The position numbers were made by a program, and so were the translations under genes. A stretch of DNA of 64,000 nucleotides, taken from assembly GCA_951406725.2 (NCBI GenBank), contig OX597830.1, positions 23,312,001 through 23,376,000 on the forward strand, read 5' to 3'. This DNA comes from Octopus vulgaris (taxonomy: Eukaryota). Under the pieces are notes generated by a model. It had not been told where the DNA came from. It saw only the letters and a program-made list of their open reading frames with translations, and searched no databases. This document shows positions 22,294-36,216 of this stretch, in pieces. Positions within the stretch are counted from its first letter, which is position 1, and every line of letters starts with the position of its first letter.

Positions 22294-23131
22294 TCTCACA
22301 ACGCATTCGTCGGTTAAGGTTCTATGACAAAAGATACCTGTCTAGTGTGTCGCGCACAGGGACTGAACCCGAAACTGCGTAGTTACAAAGCGTGCTTTCT
22401 AACCACACAACCACGCTCGTCAAAACCCCAAACTGTTTTCGTAGTTAAATGGTCGAACACGTTGATGTAATTTTCACAGCATGAATCCTCAAAAAAATGT
22501 GGTTATCCGTTCAATATCGACTACAAAGGATTTATAAAATTCCAAAATGGATAAACTACTAAATTTGAATATCAAATTATTATTATCCTATTGTAAACGA
22601 ATTATCTCTCGATATCAGGAGCTATATCGTGATATCACATCAGAAGGAATTCCGGATATTAGTTTTCCGGGCTCATGGTTTTTGTAAATCTCGAAACCTA
22701 TTTTGAAATTAGTCCACAAAACTTAAATGCTTTGTTGTATGGCCCCATCATTGATTCTGGTCTTTGTGTTTTGTTTTTCAACAATATTGGGAAAAATGTA
22801 CCATTTACTTGAGTGTTCTAGCTTGCTTGGAGATAAAGAAATAAAAATAACAAAATAATAAAGATATTTTTACGATACGAAAACAAACAAACAGAAAAAG
22901 AATTTAATATCCTTTATATTTTTTATATATTCTACGGTTTAGCGTTTTTAAAAAAATATTTTTTAGCTGAATTATGATCAATTGATGCTTAGATTCTAAG
23001 CCTTTGGTATTAGCAAGAAGAGAAAGATAAACCAATTCAATACTTGTCGTTTCAAACCTAGATCGTATTTGTAGCCCAAGAGAGCCATGTAAATCAGCCA
23101 TTTTTTTTGTCTTCTTATTTCCCTTTAACGT

Positions 23132-23620
23132 GGAGGCACGTGGCTTAGTGGTTAGGGTGTCAGCATCATGGTCGTAAGATTGTGGTTTCAATTCCTGGAC
23201 CGGGCGACGCGTTGTGTTCTTGAGTAAAACACTTCATTTCACGTTGCTCCACTCCACTCAGCTGGCAAAAATGAGTAACGCTGCGATGGACTGGCGTCTT
23301 GTCCAGCTGGGGAACATATACACCGTTGAAACCCGGAAACCATGAGCCTGGCTAGGCTTTAAAATGGCGCAGGCGCGTGGCTTAGTGGTTAGGGTGTCGG
23401 TATCATGATAGTAAGATTGTAGTTTCGATTCCTGGACCGGGCGACGCGTTGTGTTCTTAAGCAAAACACTTCATTTCACGTTGCTCCAGTCCACTCAGCC
23501 GGCAAAAATGAGTAACGCTGCGATGGACTGGCTCCCGTCCAGCTGGGGAACACATACGCCACGGAAACCGGGAAATCGGGCCCATGGGCCTGGGTAGGCT
23601 TTAAAAAGGGTGCATTTACT
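23132..23620 (+). mobile_element. Tandem dimer of a tRNA-headed SINE (family A2)
   Basis: Two ~240-bp units GGCGCGTGGCTTAGTGGTTAGGGTG...GCGATGGACTGGC...GCTAGGCTTTAAAA. Another copy lies inverted at 29744-29991. Confidence 0.85.
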
Positions 23621-24135
23621 CTATTTTATTTCCCTTTGACATTTTTAGCATTAATGTGAAGCTTCAAGTCCTCTTTCAAATCTTAGAAACTCGTGTGAAC
23701 CCTTTGTTTCGTTACGAACTTCACAATACTTCTTATTTCACTTCGAGGTCCCTCAAAATCCTTTTTTTAAAAATATCATCTCTTATCCAACTCCTTAATT
23801 TTTCATGAAACTAACCCTTTTTGTTATCATTATCATCATCATCATCACATTGCTTAAAGAGGCGAACCAGAATCGTTATCGTGCTGGACAAACTGTTTAG
23901 TGACAATTCTTCCGGCTTTTTACGTTCTGAGTTCAAACGCTGCCGCGGTCGATTTTGTCTTTCATCCTTTTGAGGTCAATGAAATAAATACCAGTTAAGC
24001 ACTGAACACAATGTATGGGACTTAACCGCCCCCAAAATTGCTGGTCTTGTACCAAAATTTGAAACTAATAGCTTTTGTTATCACCAGCATCACATTGCTT
24101 AATGCAGCGAAGCTACAGAAACGTTAACGTGCTTA

Positions 24136-24540
24136 AGGCGGCGAGCTGGCAGAAACGTTAGCGCGCCGGGGGAAATGCTTAGCCGTTACGTTCTGAGTTC
24201 AAATTCCGCCGTAGTCGACTTTGCTTTTCATCCTTTCGGGGTCGATAAATTAAGTACCAGTAGCGCACTGGAGTCGATGTAATCGACTTAATCCGTTTAT
24301 CTGTCCTTGTTTGTCCTCTCTGTGTTTAGCCCCTTGTGGGCAATAAAGAAATAGGTATTTCGTCTACCGCTACGTTCTGAGTTCAAATTCCGCCGAGGTC
24401 GACTTTGCCTTTCATCCTTTCGGGGTCGATAAATTAAGTACCAGTTGCGCACTGGAGTCGATGTAATCGACTTAATCCGTTTGTCTGTCCTTGTTTGTCC
24501 TCTCTGTGTTTAACCCCTTGTGGGTAGTAAAGAAATAAGA
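24136..24540 (+). mobile_element. SINE family C head-to-tail array
   Basis: One headed unit followed by a headless ~180-bp unit starting GGTATTTCGTCT. Confidence 0.85.
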
Positions 24541-25121
24541 ATCGTTAACGTGCTGGACAAAATGCTTAGCGGTATTTCATCCGTGCTTTTACATTCTGCG
24601 GTCAAATGCTGCCGTGGTGGTCTTTGCCTTTCATCCTTTCGAGGTATATAAAATAAGTACCAGTTGAGGACTGGATCGTTGTAACCGACTTCTCCTTACC
24701 CTCAAAATTGTTGGCTTTGAGCCAAGATTAGAAACCATCACCCATTCTTCATTCTTAGAGAATGCATGCAATAATTTTGTTGTTGAATAAGACAGTAACA
24801 CATAATGACATATTAAAGTATTAGAAAATCTACTTGACGCTTCACCTGTTCTTTCAGGTGTTAAGCAACAAGTCTGTTGATGGCGCACCGTCCATAACTA
24901 TGACAATAAGTGTTACGTAGCGTAAATGGAAATCACTTATAGATAATTCGACATCAGAAGAAATAACAGAGCCATGGATCAATTTAAAAGCAAGTAGATC
25001 GATCGCTAAAGTTACCTGTTAATCTACGTAAATAAACGAGAGACATTTTCTAACACTGCTTGTTTCAGTGACACTGAGATATTAGCCGTGTCTTTTAAAC
25101 TGCCAGAAACCGTCTTCCGCA

Positions 25122-25570
25122 AAGGCGACGAGCTGGCAGAAACGTTAAAGACACCGGATGAAATGCTCAGCGGTATTTCGTCTGCCGTTACGTTCTGAGT
25201 TCAAATTCTGCCGAGGTCGACTTTGCCATTCATCCTTTCGGGGTCGATTAAATAAGTACCAGTTACGCACTGGGGTCGATATAATCGACTTAATCCGTTT
25301 GTCTGTCCTCGTTTGTCCCCTCTGTGTTTAGCCCCTTGTGGGTAGTAAAGAAATAGGTATTTCGTCTGTCGCTACGTTCTGAGTTCAAATTCTGCCGAGG
25401 TCGACTTTGCCATTCATCCTTTCGGGGTCGATAAATTAAGTACCAGTTACGCACTGGAGTCGATATAATCGACTTAATCCGTTTGTCTGTCCTCGTTTGT
25501 CCCCTCTGTGTTTAGCCCCTTGTGGGTAGTAAAGAAATAGGTATTTTATTGTGGGCAATAAAGAAATAAG
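25122..25570 (+). mobile_element. SINE family C head-to-tail array
   Basis: Same architecture; the units share private variants (TCTGCCGAGG, GCCATTCATCC, CCTCGTTTG). Confidence 0.85.
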
Positions 25571-26219
25571 AAGCTGTCTTCCGCAATAAAAGATGTGTGG
25601 GCACATTAGATGCATTCCAATTTCAGCGGCGCGTATTTAGGAAAAGAAGCCGTTCGAGCATAAAAAAAATGTAATATTCAAAGCAGCTTAGGTGGCGTGC
25701 TGGCAGAATTGTTAGCACACCGGAAAAAATGCTTACCGGTATTTTGTCCGGCTTTACTTTCTCCGGGATCGACTTTGCCTTTCACCCTCCGGGGGTCGAT
25801 AAAATATGTACCAGCTGATCACCGAAGTCGATGTAATCAACTTACCCAACTCCTTCGAAATTGCTGGCCTTGTGCCAGAATTTGAAACCAATGTTTAAAG
25901 CAACTTCACATATAGGACCCGGGGTGAATTTTTGAGACAAAGTTTTATAAAAGAAAATAAATGTGTCTTATATTCCGAAGAATAGCTCAGTCCTCGCTGC
26001 TCCGCTCAGGTAAAGCGTACAACTTCAGGAGATAGCTGTTGAGGATACGGAAAGGTTTCCAGTATTGCAATGGATTTAGAAGAGCTTGTAAAACCTCTAA
26101 GTAACTCCAGCAGTTTCTGTGTGGAGCAAAGCATCCTGGGTGTTTATTTCACCTAACTTAAGCAATCTGACTTTTTCCAGGGAATCAAATTCGCTCGACA
26201 GCAACTTACTTTTTGCTCA

Positions 26220-26422
26220 TTTACTCTTTTATTTATTTCTGTCATTTGACTGCGGCCATGCTAGAGCACCGCCTTGAAGGGTTTTAGTCAAACAAATCGA
26301 CTCTAGGACTTATTTTTTTTAATGCTTAGTACTTATTCTATCGGTCTCTTTGGCCGAGCCGTTAAGTTACACACCAACACTGGTTGTCAAACGGTGATAG
26401 GAGGACAGATACTGACAAAAAG

Positions 26423-26457
<35 letters not shown>

Positions 26458-26628
26458 CGACGGGCCGCTTTCAGTTTCCGCCTAGCAAATCAAATCCACT
26501 CACAAGGCTTTGGCCGGCCCGAGGCTAAAGTAGAAGACACTTGCGTAAACTGCCACGCAGCGGGACTGAACCCGGAACCATGTAGTTGGGAAGCAAGCTT
26601 CTTACTACACATCCACGCCTGCACCTAT
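26220..26628 (-). mobile_element. SINE family B
   Basis: Reverse complement of the family B consensus including the tRNA-like head. Confidence 0.8.
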
Positions 26629-27483
26629 ACGCTAATTAACAAATTCTCCGCAACAGTTCCCCCTCCCCCCACACACACTCACACACACATGCACATACGC
26701 GCACACGCACACACATACACACACACACATATACATACCCACAACACACACTTAATAACTTGATTGCATTATTCAAGTACATTTCCATTAATATGGCTTT
26801 CGAAAATAGATTGCTGTTTGCATAAATAATCTTTTCAAGCTACTGGACATGTTTAAGCGTAGAGCTTCCTTTCAGCCTTTTCATACTCCCGATACTAGGG
26901 AAAAATAGCAATACTGAAGACTGTACTTTTTATGAAAGTCAGTCGAATCTTTACAAATATGACTCACAAACATCTTCCATTTACTTCTTCGTCCATTTTT
27001 TTTTCCATCGAGCAAAAAGCAGTTTCGCTGGCATCGCTAGTTACTTTTATTAGTTCTGGCCATTAGAAAAAAAAAAAGGGTTATATTTATGCTCTTTGAA
27101 GGCGTGTGACTTAGTGCTTAGGGTATTTGGTTCACTATCGTAAGGTCGCAAGTTCGATTTATGGTGCAGCGTTGTGTCCTTGAGTACGACACTTTATTTC
27201 ACGTTGCTCCAGTCCTCTCATTTGGTAAAAAATCCGTGGTACCTGTAATTCAAAGGGCCAGCCTTGTCATATTCTGTGCTGCGCTGTATCTCCCGTAGAA
27301 CTGCGTTAAAGTTACGCGTGCATGTGGAGTACTCAGCCACATGCACGTTAATTTCACGATCGGAAAGGCAAAGTAGACCTCGGTGGAATTTGAACTCAGA
27401 GCTTGAAGATAGACAAAATGCCGCTAATCATTTCGCCTGGCCTGCTAACGATTCTGCTAGATCACCGCCTAAATAATAATAAC

Positions 27484-27522
<39 letters not shown>

Positions 27523-27642
27523 TATAATGAGGATAATAATGATGATGATAATAATAATAACAATAATGATGATGATAATAATAATAATAATAACATTAAT
27601 AATATTAATAATAATAATAATATTAATAATAATAATAATGAT

Positions 27643-27695
<53 letters not shown>

Positions 27696-27699
<4 letters not shown>

Positions 27700-28280
27700 C
27701 TCGGTGGAAATCGCGGCCTACAAAGAGCAAAGACGTGGTATGAGCAAACTCCAGAAGGAGTCACTGAGAATGAAGATTGCAACAGCCTGTGAGATGTAAT
27801 GATTCAGCGCGATCATCTGACCAGAAATCGGAAATCGGACATTGTTGTAGTGAATGAGAAAGAAAGAAAGAACTTGCATGATAATCGACATAGCATGTCC
27901 TGGTGACAACAGGATCAAAGAGAAAGAAGAAGAAAAATTGAACAACTCTGACGATTTTGAAGTGGGAAATACGAAGGTTTGCGGTCAATGAGGAGAGTTG
28001 ACGTTGACACCGACACTAATTGGCGCACTTTGAACTATTAGGACTCAACTACCAGCATGGCACAAAAAGATTGGTACAAATGTAAAGATAGAACACCTTC
28101 AAAAATCAACATTGCTTGGAACTACAAGAATTCTTCGCAGGGTTCTTGAAGCATGACCAGTAAATAAGTGTTATCTTAGTCTGTTGGTTGTGGACAGCTG
28201 ACACTCTCCATCATACCCAGCAAAATAAGCTGAGAGTGTGCATCAAATAATAATTAAATAAATGAATAAATAAATAAATA
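27696..28280 (+). mobile_element. 5'-truncated R4/Dong-clade LINE (RLE domain + 3' UTR) next to (TAA)n
   Basis: KTWYEQTPEGVTENE...KSDIVVVN...CMIIDIACPGDNRIKEKEEEKL...LQKSTLLGTTRILRRVLEA*. (TAA)n lies upstream (27472-27695) and a TAA/TAAA tail downstream. Confidence 0.85.
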
Positions 28281-28879
28281 ACGATGTCTCAAAACAACCC
28301 ATGCCGGATCCTGTATGCATATTTGGATTATTCCATAAGCTTATTTTGTTTTTTTCTATGTTTCTATTTTTCTTTATTTTTAATTATTTTATTGAAGCTG
28401 ATTTATTATCAACATATTTTTACAGGAAGAAAATAAAAGAAAATAAGTATAAAAGACTACATTATCGAGAAAAAAAAGCCCATGATTACCTCACCAAGGT
28501 AACAAAATACAAAGCGGCGGCGGTGATGGTGGTGGTGGTGGTGGTGGTGGTGGTGTTGAATTAAGCAGCAGGAGATGGGAGGAAGGAGGAGTAACGGGTT
28601 GTACACTCTCCAGCAAATGACGTGTTCCTCCTCGCATTGAGGACATGATTGCAAAGACATAGCGAGGGAGAGTGGCCAGCGACACTCACTGTAACATTGT
28701 CCCTGATGCTCACTGCTGTTAGCTTACTTTAATACGAAGGGTCTCTTCTACCTAGCTCGATCCCATAATACATTCGGTTGTACTGCTTACTTACTCTTTA
28801 TACACAGTAATGTCTTCTGCTGTAGCTAATTTAATTTTGTAATGATCTGTTATGTACTGTTAGATTGCTTTAGATACTG

Positions 28880-29705
28880 GCTTCACATTTTGGTACAAGG
28901 CAGGCAATTTTAGGGAGAGGGGAAAAGTCGATTACATCGACCCCGATATTCAACTGATACTTATTTCATTGATCCCGAAAAGATGAAAGGCAAAGTCGAC
29001 CTCGGCAGACTTTGAACTCAGAACGTAGAGATGGACGAAATGTCGCTAAGCATTTTGTACTGCGTGTTGACGATTCTACCAGCTCATTGACTTAGATTGC
29101 TTTAATATTGATTTTAAATTTTGGTACAAGGGCAGCAATTTCGGGGAGGGGGTAAGTCAATTACATCGAACCCAGTAATCAACTGGTACTTATTTTATCG
29201 ACTCCGAAAAGATGAAAATCAAAGTCGACTTCGGCTGAACTTGAACTCAGAAAGTGAAAACGGACGAAATGCCTCTATGCATTTCAGCAATTTCGGTGAG
29301 GGGGCAAGTCGATTACATCGACCCCAGTGCTCAGCTAATATTTATTTTATCGACACCGAAAGAATGAAAAGCAAAATCGACCTTGGATGAATTTGAACTC
29401 GGAACGTAAGCACATACGAAATGCCGCTAAGTATTTTGACTGATGTGCTAATGATTCTACCAGCTAGCTGCTCCATACTCCTTTAAATATTGGTTTTAAA
29501 CTTTGACACAAGGCCAGCTATTTCTCGTAGAGGCTAAGTCAATTAGATCAACTCTAGTGCTCGAATGCTACTTATTTTATTGACCCTGAAAGGATGAAAG
29601 AGAAAGTCGACCTCCTCGGAATTTGAACTCAAAGCCTAACGACGACTAAAATAGCCCAAAGCATTTTGCTCGGCGTACTCACGATTCTGCCAGCTCACCG
29701 CCTTG
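28880..29705 (-). mobile_element. Cluster of degenerate SINE family C copies
   Basis: Three to four successive reverse-complement copies of the family C head and core. Confidence 0.75.
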
Positions 29706-29743
29706 ATTGCTTTAAATATTACATACTTTAAATAAATAATTAA

Positions 29744-29991
29744 TGCGCCCTTTTAAAGCCTAGCCAGACTCATGGGCCCGGTTTCCCGGTTTCAATAGCG
29801 TATGTGTTCCCCAGCTGGACGGGACGCCAGTCCATCGCAGCGTTACTCATTTTTGCCAGCTGAGTGGATTGGAGCAACGTGAAATGAAGTGTTTTGCTCA
29901 AGAACACAACGCGTTGCCCGGTCCAGGAATCGAAACCACAACCTTACGATCATGATGCTGACACCCTAACCGTTAAGCCACGCGCCTCCAC
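29744..29991 (-). mobile_element. SINE family A2
   Basis: Reverse complement of the unit at 23132. Confidence 0.85.
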
Positions 29992-30659
29992 TATTACATA
30001 CTTTAGAGAACTAAAAACTTTTACCCCCTGAATACGTGCTGCTAAAATTGTTCTACTAATATAGCCGTGTGTGTTTCATGCCATCAAACGTAGTAAGTAA
30101 ATTAACCTTAAATGTGACCAACAATCATAATAATTGCATTTATCTTATAATGACGTAACCGACAACCGACCCAGTCAAAACTTAAATTCACAGTGACGAC
30201 TAACATCACCAACAACAACACTTAACATGACAGATTTGATGCCCCACGGGGATCTGAGTAGGGGAAAGAGGAATGCTAAATGCTGATTGGCTATAATAAG
30301 GGCAGGGCAAGACTATTATCCCATGAGTTAGCACGTTTTCCGACTAAAGATTACTGTCACAAAAATTACGGTTAAAAGAACAGTGTGTATGTCTTAAGGG
30401 ATGTTTGAAACAATAAAAAAGCAGCATTTATTAAATTACTGTCATATTTGTAAGAATTAAACTTTAATTTTCCACGTTTCGAATCGGTTCTAAGAGGAGC
30501 TCGTCAGAAGCCGCTCCAGAATGAAATGTGGGCGAAGTGTTTCTTAAAATAGAAGGTCCCTCGCTGGTTCCTACGTTCGTACGAATGTATGTATGTATGT
30601 ATGTATGTATGTATGTATGTATGTATGTATGTATGTATGTATGTATGTATGTATGTATG

Positions 30660-30686
<27 letters not shown>

Positions 30687-30691
<5 letters not shown>

Positions 30692-31028
30692 GCTGGACTC
30701 AAGAGTCATCTTCGTAGTCATAAAACGAGACAGGTGAGTGACAACCTGGCCACTGGTGGTGGTGTAACACGCCATACTAATCAGATCTGTCGGGCATGTG
30801 GAAGAGAGTGTAATTCGGTAGGAGGACTTAAACGACATGCAAAGGTACATGAAGCCCAGTTACAACTACAGCTGGCTATTACCAGTAAAGGTTTTAGTTG
30901 CCAATTTTGTACAAGCTATTGTAGATCTTTAGCTGGGCTAAAAAGTCACATTCGATCACAGCACCAGTAACAGTTAAGCTTCGTGCAATGGCCATACTCG
31001 ATAACGAGGGGGCAGCCATAATAATAAT
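30687..31028 (+). mobile_element. RTE-like LINE 3' end encoding tandem C2H2 zinc fingers, embedded in (TATG)n
   Basis: KAGLKSHLRSH...CRACGRECNSVGGLKRHAKVH...FSCQFCTSYCRSLAGLKSHIRSQHQ*, then a short UTR hairpin (CTCG ataa CGAG) and a (TAA) tail. Confidence 0.7.
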
Positions 31029-31620
31029 GTATGTATGTATGTATGTATGTATGTAGGTATGTATGTATGTATGTATGTGTGCGTGCGTGAGAGTATGTGT
31101 GTGTGTCTGTGTGTGAAAGAGAGAGAGAGAGAGAGAAAGAGAGAGAGCAAGAGAGAGAAAGAGAGAGAGCAAGAGAGAGAGAGAGAGTGTGTATGTGTGT
31201 ATAGGGTGCGGTGAATATATTGTCGTCTAAGATAAGCAAAAATGAAAATAACACTGACATCTCATTTTAACGTGCACGAGGCTGAGTACTCCACAGACGC
31301 GTCTACCCTTAACGGGGTTCTCAGGGAGATTCAACGTGACACAGAATGCGACGAAGCTGGCCCTTTGAAATACAGGTACTACTTAATTTTTTGCCAGCTG
31401 AGTTGAAGGGGAAAAAATCGGTCGCAGGACGTATTCTTTGTAAGCATAGAACTTATTCTATTGGTCTCTTTTGCCGAATCGCTACGTTACTGGGACATAA
31501 ACACACCAACATCCGTTGTCAAGCGATAGTGGGGTGGGGGACAAACACAGACACAAACACACAAATATATATATATATATATACATATATACGACGGGCT
31601 TCTTTCAGTTTCCGTCAACC

Positions 31621-31949
31621 AAATCTACACACAAGGCTTTACTCGGCCCGAAGCTATAGTAGAAGACACTTGCCCAAGATGCCACGCAGTGGGACTGAAC
31701 CCGGAACCATGTGGTTGGGAAACAAGCTTCTTACCACACAGTCACGCATGCGCCAATGAGCTTCTTACCACACAGTTACGCATGCGCCAATATATATATA
31801 TATATATATATATATTGGCGCATGCGTGACTGTGTGGTAAGAAGCTTGTTTCCCAACTACATGGTTCCGGGTTCAGTCCCACTGCGTGGCATCTTGGGCA
31901 AGTGTCTTCTACTATAGCCTCGGGCCGACCAAAGCCTTGTGTGTAGATT

Positions 31950-31950
<1 letters not shown>
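31621..31950. repeat. Head-to-head inverted duplication of a SINE B 5' half around (TA)n
   Basis: 31621-31757 is the near reverse complement of 31815-31950, and both arms share non-consensus variants. Confidence 0.85.
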
Positions 31951-31985
<35 letters not shown>

Positions 31986-32261
31986 TATATGCATACATGC
32001 GTACATGTGTACATACACACATGCATACATATTCTTGAGGTAGGATTACGAGATCTGATGTATAGCAGTCATTCGGGTCTGAATCGTTGGATGTTACATA
32101 AGAAATAGCTGTGTTTATATACGTAGGTATGACAATGAGTTTTTATGCTCGTATCTAAGTGAATTAAATACTGTATGTGTGTGTTTGTGTTTGTGTATGT
32201 GTGTGTATGTGTTAGAGCGTACGTCCAAGTGTGAATGCGTGTATGCAATACCACGAGTGCT

Positions 32262-32297
<36 letters not shown>

Positions 32298-32504
32298 CAT
32301 GCAAGTGTATGCATAAATACATAGGTGGGTGAGAGCAACAAAGTGATAAGTGAGTGTGTGTGTGCGCATGTCTGTGTGTAAGTGTATGTATAAATGCATA
32401 ACTGAAAGGAACAAAGTAATACACACACACACACACACATATATAGACACATATATCTATCTATATATATTTATATATATATATATATGTATATACATGT
32501 GTGC

Positions 32505-32539
<35 letters not shown>

Positions 32540-32558
32540 CATATATATATATATATAC

Positions 32559-32611
<53 letters not shown>

Positions 32612-32620
32612 TATACCTAC

Positions 32621-32653
<33 letters not shown>

Positions 32654-34089
32654 CGTACATATATATATACATACATATACATACATATATATACATACAT
32701 ACATATACATATATACATACATACATATACATACATACATACATACATATACATATATATATATATATATATAAATATATACACACACTCATATATATAT
32801 ATATGGATGGATGTGTTCAATAAAATATTCTAATAGCCTTTTATTATTATTTTCTGCTCTCCTCAGATGGAACAACCATAGTAATGATAACGGGGTAGTA
32901 ATGGCGTAATGGTGGATGGCGTGGTTGTGAGAGTGGTGGCGGTAGCAGTGATGGGGGTGGTGGTGGTGGTGGTTGTGGTGGTGGTGGTGAGGGGTGGTGA
33001 GGGAAGCAGTGAACTTGTTGATGCTGGTGGATCCATTCCTACAATATGGCGACTTTCTGTGAGTTTGATAAACGATTTACACCACAGTTATAGGGTAAAG
33101 CATACGCATCGTTAATATACATCCACCCCCTCCCACACACGCACGCACGCACGCACACACGCATGCACACACATGCACGCACGCACATGCACGCACACAC
33201 ATACACGCGAACACTCACACAGACACACACGTGCACACACACACGTGCACACACACACGCACGTACAAAACACTCATAAAGGCGCGCATACACGCACACA
33301 CACCTAAACACCCACTGACACATACATACGCGGACACACACTCACACACACACACACACATACACATATACATGCAGGGGCACATACACTCACAAGCGTA
33401 TAAACACATACTCACACGCATATACAGGCACACATACACGCACACACACCTAAACACCCACTGACACATACATACGGGGACACACGCACACACACACATA
33501 CACACACACACACACATATATATATGCAGGGGCACATACACTCACAAGCGTATAAACACATACTCACACGCATATACATGCACACATACACGCGTTTCAA
33601 TCTTTCCTCCACGCATTTATCTGTGATTCATAGTTTACAATCTATATGGCATTAAGTGCATACATATACATACTAACTTAGATACACACTCACACACACA
33701 CACACATACACACATACACACATACACACACATTTATACACATACACATACATACACACAGATATATATATATACCCATACACACACATATATATATACA
33801 CATACATATACACATACACAGTTACAGACGCGCATACACATATATACACATATATAGACACGCAGATACACACACACTCACACACACACGCACACACATA
33901 CGTACGTACATACTCAAATATCGTGTATTCACGCACAGAAGCACATTTATACATATCTATATATGTATAAACATGTATATAATTATATATACAGATATGT
34001 ACATACATACATTCACACACACACATACATATATATACATACATATATATACATATATATATATATATGAACATAGATACATATATATC

Positions 34090-34121
<32 letters not shown>

Positions 34122-34163
34122 CATTATATATATATACATAATATATATGAACATAGATACATA

Positions 34164-34205
<42 letters not shown>

Positions 34206-34264
34206 TATATATATATGCATGTATGTATATGTATATATATGTATATATATATATATCTATATAC

Positions 34265-34349
<85 letters not shown>

Positions 34350-34783
34350 GATATTAGCATACATGTGTGTGTGTGTAATGGAGACAGAAAGTATACATTA
34401 AAAGGCATATTGAAGGGAAAGGACAGGGTAATACTTTTTTGATTCTTGTATTTTTTCTCACCAAACGAAAATGGAAGTTCGTTTGGGTGTTTGGTCCGGA
34501 TTCCTGTCTTGTTTTCTTCGTTTTTCTACACACCGTATCTTCATATCTCTCTTTGACTTACCTATCTATTTACATCTATGTGGGCATGCGCGCAGATGTA
34601 CGCTCATGTATGTATGTATGTATGTATGTATGTATGTATGTATGTATGTATGTATGTATGTATGTATGTATCTATCACTTACACTTACTCCCCCCTCTCT
34701 GTAGATATATCCACACACATTCACTTACACAGAGAGATATCTAACTACACAGATACACGCAAACACATACACGCATACATATG

Positions 34784-34840
<57 letters not shown>

Positions 34841-34943
34841 ATATGTATATATATTATTTATGTATATAATATTTATATATATGATGTTCTCTCTCTTTCT
34901 GTCTCGCTGTCTTTATCATTCTTGATCTTTCACGCCCTCTCTT

Positions 34944-34995
<52 letters not shown>

Positions 34996-35531
34996 GTATA
35001 TATATGTTTCTCTACCTCTGCAAGTATATATGTACACACACACACAAACACCCCCCACACACATATATATCTATATGCATACATATATATTTATATGTGT
35101 GTGTATGTGCATATGTATGCATGCCTGTATGTATGCATGCCTGTATGTATGCATGCATCTATGAATGTATCTACGTATATATATATATATATATTGGAAT
35201 ATATGCATGCATGTTACTTCAGTAACAGCAAGAGTTTGATTTGTATCTTTTGACTTATCTCACAGAAGAGTGTTAGTTTGAATTTTATATTCTCAGCATG
35301 TGGTCGTGGTTTAATGTGCAGAAACACGAACAGCTTCAGTGATTTTAAGGTGCACAAGCGGAGCTAAATGCATGAGTAAGCACATATATATAAGCATTCG
35401 CATATGCACTCTTGTAAATGCACGAAGACACATCTGTATACGAAGCCATACATTTGACTGCGCAAATTACTCACATATATACAGACACACACAGTTACAT
35501 AAGTCCGAATTAGATAAACGCATACACACAC

Positions 35532-35584
<53 letters not shown>

Positions 35585-35614
35585 TATATGTATATATATG
35601 TATATATATATATG

Positions 35615-35649
<35 letters not shown>

Positions 35650-36184
35650 ATATATATATGTGTGTGTATATATATGTGTATATATATGCATATATATATA
35701 TATATATATATGTGTGTGTATGTGTGTGTATATATATATACATATATGTGTACATATATATATACATATATGTGTACATATATATATATATATGTGTGTG
35801 CATATATATATATGTATATATATATATATTATATATATATATATATTTAATATATATATATATATATAATATATGAATGTATATATTAATGTATGTATAT
35901 ACTTATGTGAGTATGGATATATGTACGCACTTATTTAATATGGTTATATGTATGTAGAAAATCACTTCCTGTAATGGAGAAAGTGCACGCCATTGAAAAT
36001 GGTGCTATTACAAATATATAAAATTCTAAAAACACGAACAAATACGCAAATAGAGAATAGATTGAGAAGCAAAAATTGAAGCAGATGAAATAAATGTACA
36101 TAAGTATGTATGCAGGTATGTATGTATGTATGTATGTATGTATGTATGTATGTATGTATGTATGTATGTATGTATGTATGTATG

Positions 36185-36216
<32 letters not shown>

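Noticed and set aside
27403-27792. Poly-Asn ORF
   Set aside because: (TAA)n tract fused to SINE and LINE fragments.
30285-30310. ATTGG followed by TATAAT promoter-like motif
   Set aside because: Short motifs expected by chance in AT-rich DNA; no downstream exon is identifiable.
30470-30512. Minus-strand CTGACGA...GAAACGTG hammerhead-like motif
   Set aside because: Stem II does not pair and position 17 is G; too degenerate to support.
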